Source: Takakia lepidozioides (lineage: Eukaryota > Plantae > Bryophyta). Taken from it: 64,000 nt of DNA. The stretch is taken from the NCBI GenBank assembly GCA_030704615.1, contig CM060732.1:37634001-37698000 (forward strand), read 5' to 3'. The translations under genes were made by a program, and so were the position numbers. Below the pieces are notes generated by a model. That model did not search any database, was not told the origin of the DNA, and worked only from the letters and a program-made list of their open reading frames with translations. How positions within the stretch are numbered: position 1 is the stretch's first letter; each line of letters begins with the position of its first letter. This document shows, piece after piece, positions 55,217 to 64,000 of the stretch.

Positions 55217-55424
55217 AACCCCTCAAGGATCTAAATTGTGGGCTCTCAGGTTTCCTTATATATATATATATGCGAGATCTGAAGAGGTATTGTTTGGGTT
55301 ATATGACATTTAAGGAATGATATATATGTAACATTTATTTTAGCTGTGATTGGAGCTTTTTTATGGCTCAAGGCTCCCTAACAACACAACAAAAAGAGAA
55401 AAGACCTAGCTATGAAGGCACATA

Positions 55425-55668
55425 AAGGCCCTTATATACCCTGATAGATATACCCTTCATTTTAACATATACCCTTAAGGAAAGTAGGGTATATTGAGCG
55501 TCTTGATGTAGGGTAAATATAAGGATAAGGGTATATCATAAAATATTACCCTGATATGAGGGTATACATCCGGTACCTAAACTTGCCATACCAGGGTATA
55601 CATATATCAATATACCCTGATATACCAGGCGGGTATATCAGGGTAATTCATATACCCGCCCAACACTG
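55425..55668. mobile_element. Right end of an hAT-like non-autonomous element
   Basis: GGGTA/TACCC subterminal motifs ending GCCCAACACTG, matching the terminus at 26072-26082. Confidence 0.55.
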
Positions 55669-56964
55669 GTGTGTTCTAAAGCGGACTCCACTTTCACCAA
55701 TCAATCCACCATCAAGAAGTTGGCTCGCAAAACGGGTGTTACAATGCTTTCCAAGCATTGTGGGCCATTCTAGCTGTGTTATATGAGCATATTTTTATGG
55801 TCCTACTGCATCTGGAAGCCGATTGTTACCGTTGTTCACAAAAATCGCCATATAAAACTGGTCTTCGACAGCTCCTATCCGCCTGCAAGTGACACCCTAT
55901 GGAATCTTCCCGACCTCCAGCAGAAGATGACCTCGCTCGAATTGTGAAACCCTAACCCCTACCCTATAACCTACTTCTTAAACCTAGCTAACGGATGACA
56001 TCCGTCGGTCCGGCGTTGTTTGGAGGTTGAAGACAATCCTAGCTCAGGAATTAGGAGTTGTACTGGTGAAGGGAATCCGAGAACATTGCTGGAACATTGT
56101 GAGATTCTTGAAAAAGGTAAACCCGCATTGTTTGCATTTGTGAGGTCATGGGTACTATTGAAAAATCTTGAGAACCGTGTTCAACATATCCTTGAGACAC
56201 CAACCATTCTCCCTCGAATGTGAATTGGCAGAGCCTGCTGAGAGCAGTTATTGCATCATTTGCATATGATGCGTACGGATTTGCACTATGTGGGAGCATT
56301 ATTCAATCCATTTTTGTTGGATAACACAATGTTGAGAGACTACCCCAATGCGAAAGTCGGATTTCTTTCATACACCACATGGTGTGTATATCAGTATTTT
56401 ACAAAAACCAAAGAGTAGGTTACCATGATGATTCAACATCTGCATGAATCAAAATTAAAATCACTCGTAAGGGTGGGATGGTGGGCTCTCATCCACACCA
56501 TGCATTCATACAATTCATGTTGAAAATACATCATGCAAATGTTTTTTTGGCCTAGGACTTTTGTTATAATCTTCCAAATTAGACGGTCAAATCTCCTGAA
56601 AAATTTACTGAATGTGCATGAAGTAGGTGGGATCACTTTGGTGCGGTCATCCTCTTGGATGTTTCTCAAATGAGAGATATACCCTCATCCATGAGGGTAT
56701 GTTTGGTTTTGGACGGGGCCCCTTTTAACGTTAATATCCAAGTTATTTTTTATCCTTAAGGTAGTTGTAGACCCAAGTGAATGCATATTCATTGCCTTAA
56801 GGCATGGCCCAATAAAGAGGAATCTTTATAAGCCTATAACAATAATATGGATGCCAAAAGTGTGTTCAAAACGCTATTGATATTTCTATGTCTCATAGTT
56901 TCCATAGTCCCAGCTAAGAGTATTGCTTGTTATATTCCAAATCTCATCGGGGGTTGTTGTTTGT
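55667..56964 (+). repeat. ~1.3-kb inverted duplication of 45861-47183 (transposase remnant, lectin promoter and lectin N-terminus)
   Basis: Reverse-complement identity is visible throughout. ORF 56847 starts MDAKSVFKTLLIFLCLIVSIVPAKSIAC and then runs into foreign sequence. Confidence 0.9.
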
Positions 56965-58053
56965 GTCATCCTAGCCTCCCTTCAACTTTCTCTGTCTTTC
57001 TTCTTCTTTCTCTGCCTATTAGCTTCTCATGCTCTTCATCCAACCTAGTGCCACAATCAGTTAGTCACTCAAAGTGTAGAGGTGTGTGTCTTCCAGCCTC
57101 CCTTCAGTTTTTCTACCTACTAGCTCCTCGTGATCTTCACGACACACAAATAGTTAGGATTCCTTTCATTGCATGATTTTGGTAGTTGTAGTAGAACAAG
57201 TGGATTCCAAGATAAATTGGTAATTAACCATAAAGGAATTTTTTTGCTCTTAACCCTTAAGCGACCATCTAAGTTTTGGTGGGCCACCCCCAAAATACTA
57301 CACACCCTCATGGATGAGGGTGTAACTACTCCTTACCTACAATCACAAATTTGAACTGTAACTACCACATCCATCTACTCATGAAGTTTTAGCACATTTG
57401 ACCTTGGAATTTGTAGATTATAGCAAAATAAAACACCACTTCTACAAATTCACTCCCCAAAAGTATGGGTAAGTTTGGTTTGACCAAACATTTGCAGTAT
57501 CGGGTTGAATTTTCCTGTCAGAATGCCCACCATATTTGTAATCTGTGGCACATACCAAGTGCCCTCTCAAAAACTGAGACCCAAATTCTTCCAAAAAAAT
57601 CAATGGGTTGCTTTGTATGTGAAATTGTGGGGGTAAATTTGTCTATTCTGCCACTATGTCTGCAAACACCGGGACACCACACTCTACATTAAATCCAGGT
57701 TCCAACGGTGAAGGTGTGCCATGTACCAGTCCCTACTGGATAGTGAAAACCATCACCAATTCCAAAAACATTTCAGGGAGAGATCATGTTTTAGTGATTC
57801 TTCATCCTATGCCAACTCAGGCCAAATAACTGCCGGCCCGGGCACCTTTTCTGGTAGTATTTTTCAGGGCCACGTCAGGAAAAGCAGAGAGATCAAAGGG
57901 CCCCCCTGAAATCGCATCACCGTGACCAGTTAATGCAAGGTAGAACGGCGGCAGTGGGGAGAAAGTTCTCAGCTTAGTCTATTAGAAAGGAAAACACATC
58001 CGTAAATGTGGCGGGCATATGGAAAGTAGCTTGGCAATGCACCTATGGACTAG

Positions 58054-58300
58054 GTAGCATTCGAGAGGAGCCCCTGCTACCAGATATAGCAGGGAGCCAG
58101 GACCTACCGTGCTGCATTAGCGGCGAGATGTCATGACGACCTGCTATATCCATTAGCAAGGGGCTCCTCCCGAGCGCTATTGGACATAAACGGGGTTTTA
58201 GGGCAGCGAGCCAGTCAGTCTACCCTTGTACATACCTACCACCACCGGATATAGCAGGAGCCAGTACCTACCACCACCGGATATAGCAGGGAGCCAGGAT
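58054..58300. repeat. Imperfect ~125-nt foldback followed by short tandem repeats
   Basis: tagcattcgagaggagcccctgctaccagatatagcagg (58054-58092) pairs with cctgctatatccattagcaaggggctcctcccgagcgcta (58140-58179). cctaccaccaccggatatagcagg occurs twice at about 58234-58290. Confidence 0.7.
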
Positions 58301-60772
58301 TTACAGAGCCGCGTAGGTAGTTAAAATCTAGTAGGTCGTAGAATACCACATACAACACCCCTCCTCAAATCCAATAGAAACACGCCACGTCAGTGAGTCT
58401 GCTCTAAAAACCGGTTATGAGTTTGAGAGTAGTATGTTGGGAGATGATACAGTTGTCAATGGCACACAATACTGACTTTTCTCTTCAATTTTTCATATCT
58501 TGAATCTATTGTCCTTCAATAGCCATGTTCTGTAAGTGATTTGTAGTGACATTACTTTTTCGTTGCTTGAAATCCTTCTCACCCAAGCCCCAAACATTGA
58601 AACCTTAAGTGTAGCTCCTACAACATATATTGGGGAAGATACAATCCTGCTGCAACTTGCCATACCATAAAAACAAGACTAGATTACACAACTTATCTGC
58701 CCAATATCGTTAATTGCGGTGTCAATGCTATGACTTAACCACTTAGACGGGATGTCTTCTGCATACATGTCAATGCCGTAGAAGTAACACCATCTGTATG
58801 AGAGCTATCTTGTAAAACATCTCAGCTACGTGTCTCCATGATAATCAAACATTTTCGCAATTACAGTGACAGCCTCTATTATCACATATGTGAAACAACT
58901 TAGTATTGGAAAGCACCAACCCCCTTCCCAGAAATTCCAGCAAGGCTGTTTAGGCAAGTAGATCCAACTTTATCATGAGACTCATCTTTTATGCTTAGGC
59001 CCTACTGGGATGCATCACACTTAGCCTACTCCTCTCTCAAACTGTGCAACCATCCCGTAAGTGTGGGAGAGATATTTTGGAGCATGTTTTACCCAATATT
59101 CTTGCAGGGCACGATTTAGGATAGTTCTGTGTACAACTACACATTGCTAACCATCAAAATGGATTGCCCCCAAGGCAGAGCTCTGACAGAGTCTATGCTA
59201 GGTGCCTCCATTCAAGAGTATGAAGAAATTGAACGATGAACAAAACCGGTGAGGGTTTCTGATTATTTGGTGCGAAAAATCAAAACCATGGGGGGTGATA
59301 CTTGTAGAGTTGCTTCATGTGAACATTATTACCCAAAGCTACTTGCTATTCATTCATATTAAACTGTAAGTTGTATGTTGAATGTGGCTTCCTGTAATTC
59401 TGTCTCTCTTCATTTTCAGATGAACGTGCTTTCAAAAGTGAGTGCAACTTGCAGTCTTGCCTTGACCCATGAGGGCAATTTGTATTGTCACTTGCAGTTC
59501 AACTAATGTGCCATTGGCAACACATTCCTGTCTACTTTCCCTCAGACATATGTGACATCTTGGTGAGGAAGAGCGACTTCTTCCAAGCACAAAATGAGTC
59601 TTCACACAGGGAGCACACATCACTATCCTCTCCTCCTCTGTATATGCTCTCAAGGTGTCAGGTCAGAATATAAGCTGTGTAACACAGATTCATAGCCCGA
59701 CAGTTTGGACAGTTTGGGCCTGCACACGTTCTTGCATGGCTCTAGAGCACTTGTTCCTACCTTCCTATTGGTCACTTCCACCATCTCTATTGAGTTGACC
59801 CAGCCTTGGTAAATTTCTTAAGACAATAAGATTCATAAAAGCTTTATTTCGGTACAGGAAACATTACATGGATTCAGTAGATCACTGAGTTCTGAGACCT
59901 TGAATCCAAAATCATAAATACTTGAACAGAGTTGATCAACACCACAAACAGCTCACAACAATACACCTCCAAAATCCCGAAGTGGGGCTCCACAAAGACG
60001 GGCTCCACGGCCAAAGACCGATCGATCGGCACAGCATCCTCGATTATCACAGAGCAAATGCACACAAGTACAAGTTTCATACTCAAAGAGATTCACTATT
60101 CAAAACTTTGTTGTGAAAAGAGATGTGCCTTACAAAGATCTGGTCGAGAAATCCTAACGAGTATAGTAGCTGGCTACACAAAAACAGCTGGCTAGAGAGA
60201 AGGCAACACTCTGGCTTAAATTCAAGCAGAGCTCGCGTCATGCGTTTCAATCTGTTCGCAGCTTTGGGTACTTCATCTTCGCAGCTTGGGTGCAGCTTGG
60301 GTGGAGGCCATCATTCGCATGTTATGAACAATGGTGCACAGCAAGCAGGCAGAAAGACATTTCAAAAAATCCTTCTTCCACTCACAAGGGCACTAAAATT
60401 TCTTCAGTTCGACATATCCACGTAAAGAGCAAGACAATTCGCAGGAAAGCTTTGAAAAGGCCTTGACAATCAACATAACAGCCTCTAACATATAAAGCCT
60501 ACTGCATTGCACTTGGAAGATGGCTGGCTGTAGGATATGTCGTTGAGCTTGTCTATCACACTCAGTACACAGTCTTTGAGACTGCACATTGAGAGGAATT
60601 CCAAGCGCATGTGCATCAGATACAGATCAAGTTTCAAATTTCATTCAAGAGCACACCACACCACTTTCCTAGGCATTCATGAAACCCGAAAGTCAAACTG
60701 TTAGTATCTTACCAGGCTCACATGCGAGACCGCAACCTGTCCGCCGTCAGACCTGCAGAACCACACAGAAAT

Positions 60773-60856
60773 GGCACACTCCCTTCGCAGGTATTATCCT
60801 GATCAGGTTATGAGGGTTTTTCTCAGCCTGCTCGTGAAGCAAGCACCCCTGGTGCC
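60773..60856 (-). ncRNA. TPP (thiamine pyrophosphate) riboswitch aptamer in the THI1 3' UTR
   Basis: Minus strand reads GGCACCAGGGGUGCUUGCUUCACGAGCAGGCUGAGAAAAACCCUCAUAACCUGAUCAGGAUAAUACCUGCGAAGGGAGUGUGCC. P1 GGCAC/GUGCC, P2, short P3, conserved CUGAGA, P4 and P5 with UAAU loop and GCG are all present; it lies 211 nt after the stop codon. Confidence 0.96.
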
Positions 60857-61066
60857 GAGACAAATTAGAATCCACTTATGGTAGAAAAGGAAGCCAATTA
60901 CAAGCTGAACAAGTTTTTATGTCACAAGTGCTTCTCAAGAGGAGAAGCTTTATAATCCGTCACAAAGTGAATATGGAATCCACTGGCTACCTTCAGACTC
61001 TGTATGCCCTCACACATGTAGCCACAAGAAACACCAAGCTACTTACATGCAATCTACCATATACTT

Positions 61067-62407
<1,341 letters not shown>

Positions 62408-62489
62408 TCAAGACTAGAAGAAATTTTGGGGAGCACAAAGGCGATAGGAAAGGTGGAGCGGAGGGTGGTGAAGAGGGAAGGGAAGCTCG

Positions 62490-62499
62490 TTATATATAG
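62490..62499 (-). promoter_or_regulatory. Candidate TATA box of THI1
   Basis: CTATATATAA on the minus strand about 90 bp upstream of the ATG. Confidence 0.5.
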
Positions 62500-64000
62500 C
62501 AAACAGTAAGAAGCAAAACGCCAACTTTGTTGCAAAAGATAAAAAAGATACTTCTTTAATGCTAACCGACATAGCTTTCTTTCCCATCTTCCCTGTTATC
62601 AGATTACTGGGCCGACATTTTCAATTGGGTCCTTCGAAAAAATCTCGCATTCAGATTAGTTCATGAGGACGGAAATAGCTACAGTCTAATTTAAGTGACC
62701 CTGGGATAATTGGGTCCAGTACAGCTTTCTTTAGAGGCTTTCTTATTTAGATGCTTCAACCCACTGTGCAGACATCGATTCGAGCGAAGTGGTTACGTGC
62801 TTACATCCACAAGATTGCCTGTACAGATATTATTCCATGCACAAATGCACATGCAATCTCGCGAACTTTGATGCATGTGCCTGTAGGGTCCACCTACCCC
62901 ACACACAGAGGCCCAGGCACTCGGGCCCCCAAGCTCGAATTGCCCCTCCAAACCATCAGGGGGGTAGTTCCAGGGAGAGCCCATCCTTAATCAACGGCCT
63001 CTCATGCCCCACAGGAGAGGAAACGAAGTACTTTGAGAAGGGGCCATAAAACTGAATCGCCCCTTTGTGAAGGAACCGGATTTTTGCGGACTCATGGAAG
63101 GGGCGATGTACTGGGGGGCCTCTTTAAGAATATCCTACCTAAACGAATGAGGGGTCTTTGAAGTTGGAGATGATTCACTTGGGGGTGCCTAGGAATCTGG
63201 CACTTAGCTCTTTGGGGTCCAAAAGGGAGAGGGAGTTGTCAATCTGACTTCGATTTTTTCAGTTGCTTCCCATCGATAACAAAGATGTAAATATTTAGTA
63301 TTAGGATTTGAACTTGCGTAGGGGAGAAAGCCTTGAGCAAGGTGGCTGAGCTGAAAGGTCTCCATATTACGTTGATGTTTGTACAGTTCAGCTCCAGCCT
63401 GCCAAGGAATGGTAAGCCCGTAGAGATAAGTGGATTCGGAGTTATCCTCACAGGAGAATTTCTGTGGACCAGGAGCATATATAGGGAGAAGTGTGGTTTG
63501 GCTCCCGTGCATCATCATGAAGAATATCTGACTTCATGGGGGCCACAGAGGATCACCACCCACGCGACAAACTTGGGCCGTTTCCGACACTCTTGCAAGT
63601 CATCCATTGATTCCACATACAATACAAACTCAAATCAGCAAAGATTGCGCTGCATGGGCCGTTGCCGAATTGCAAGCTGCAAAGTGAAAGAAAATGGATC
63701 GGATACATAAATCATAGACTCAGCAAGGTTTCAGAGCGATGGGCCTCCTCACTGCTTTATTAGCAAAATTGCTTCCAAGTTTGATGTCCACGAGTCACGA
63801 CTTCGTTTGGTGTGCTGCATTAACTGACTGCCGCAGGCATCTACAGGTGGGCAACTGACAGATTTTGCTCGAGCATACCCTCCTGGGGACAAGGCGCTGT
63901 GGGCAACGCTGATCGAGTACACAAAGCGACAATCCCGTGATGACTGTTGGCCGTGGCCAACCACTGGCCACCACTGGTTCTTGTCCTGGAAGTGTGCGCC

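Noticed and set aside
59432-60587. Short ORFs downstream of THI1
   Set aside because: No recognisable protein; more plausibly extended THI1 3' UTR or intergenic DNA.
62750-63960. Coding-like short ORFs at the window end
   Set aside because: Possibly a decayed transposon, but no motif could be identified.

Overview
Gene-dense, intron-rich nuclear DNA from a land plant. The MORN2-like gene, the riboswitch on THI1 and the PLS/E-class PPR remnants suggest a seed-free lineage (bryophyte, lycophyte or fern); this is inference. Genes in order: 3' part of an NADP-malic enzyme (+), galectin-domain GT31 galactosyltransferase (+, with a 6.4-kb intron full of LINEs), MORN-repeat protein (-), eIF2-beta (-) head-to-head with DSS1/SEM1 (+), threonyl-tRNA synthetase (+), a secreted GNA/bulb-type lectin (-) and thiazole synthase THI1 (-). 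The clearest non-coding element is a complete TPP riboswitch aptamer in the THI1 3' UTR (60773-60856, -), surrounded by candidate splice sites. The 45-57 kb interval is a heavily rearranged accessory block. It holds a second lectin copy split into two reciprocal junction products, a 1.3-kb inverted duplication ending at a transposon TIR, templated insertions (a PPR fragment, lectin DNA in a ThrRS intron, a telomere-like filler) and a putative Pack-type element carrying host-gene fragments. Also present are a LINE family inserting at TC-rich sites with 15-bp TSDs, a tRNA-headed SINE family and hAT-like non-autonomous elements. Exon boundaries were read by eye from GT/AG sites and reading frames; no database searches were run.
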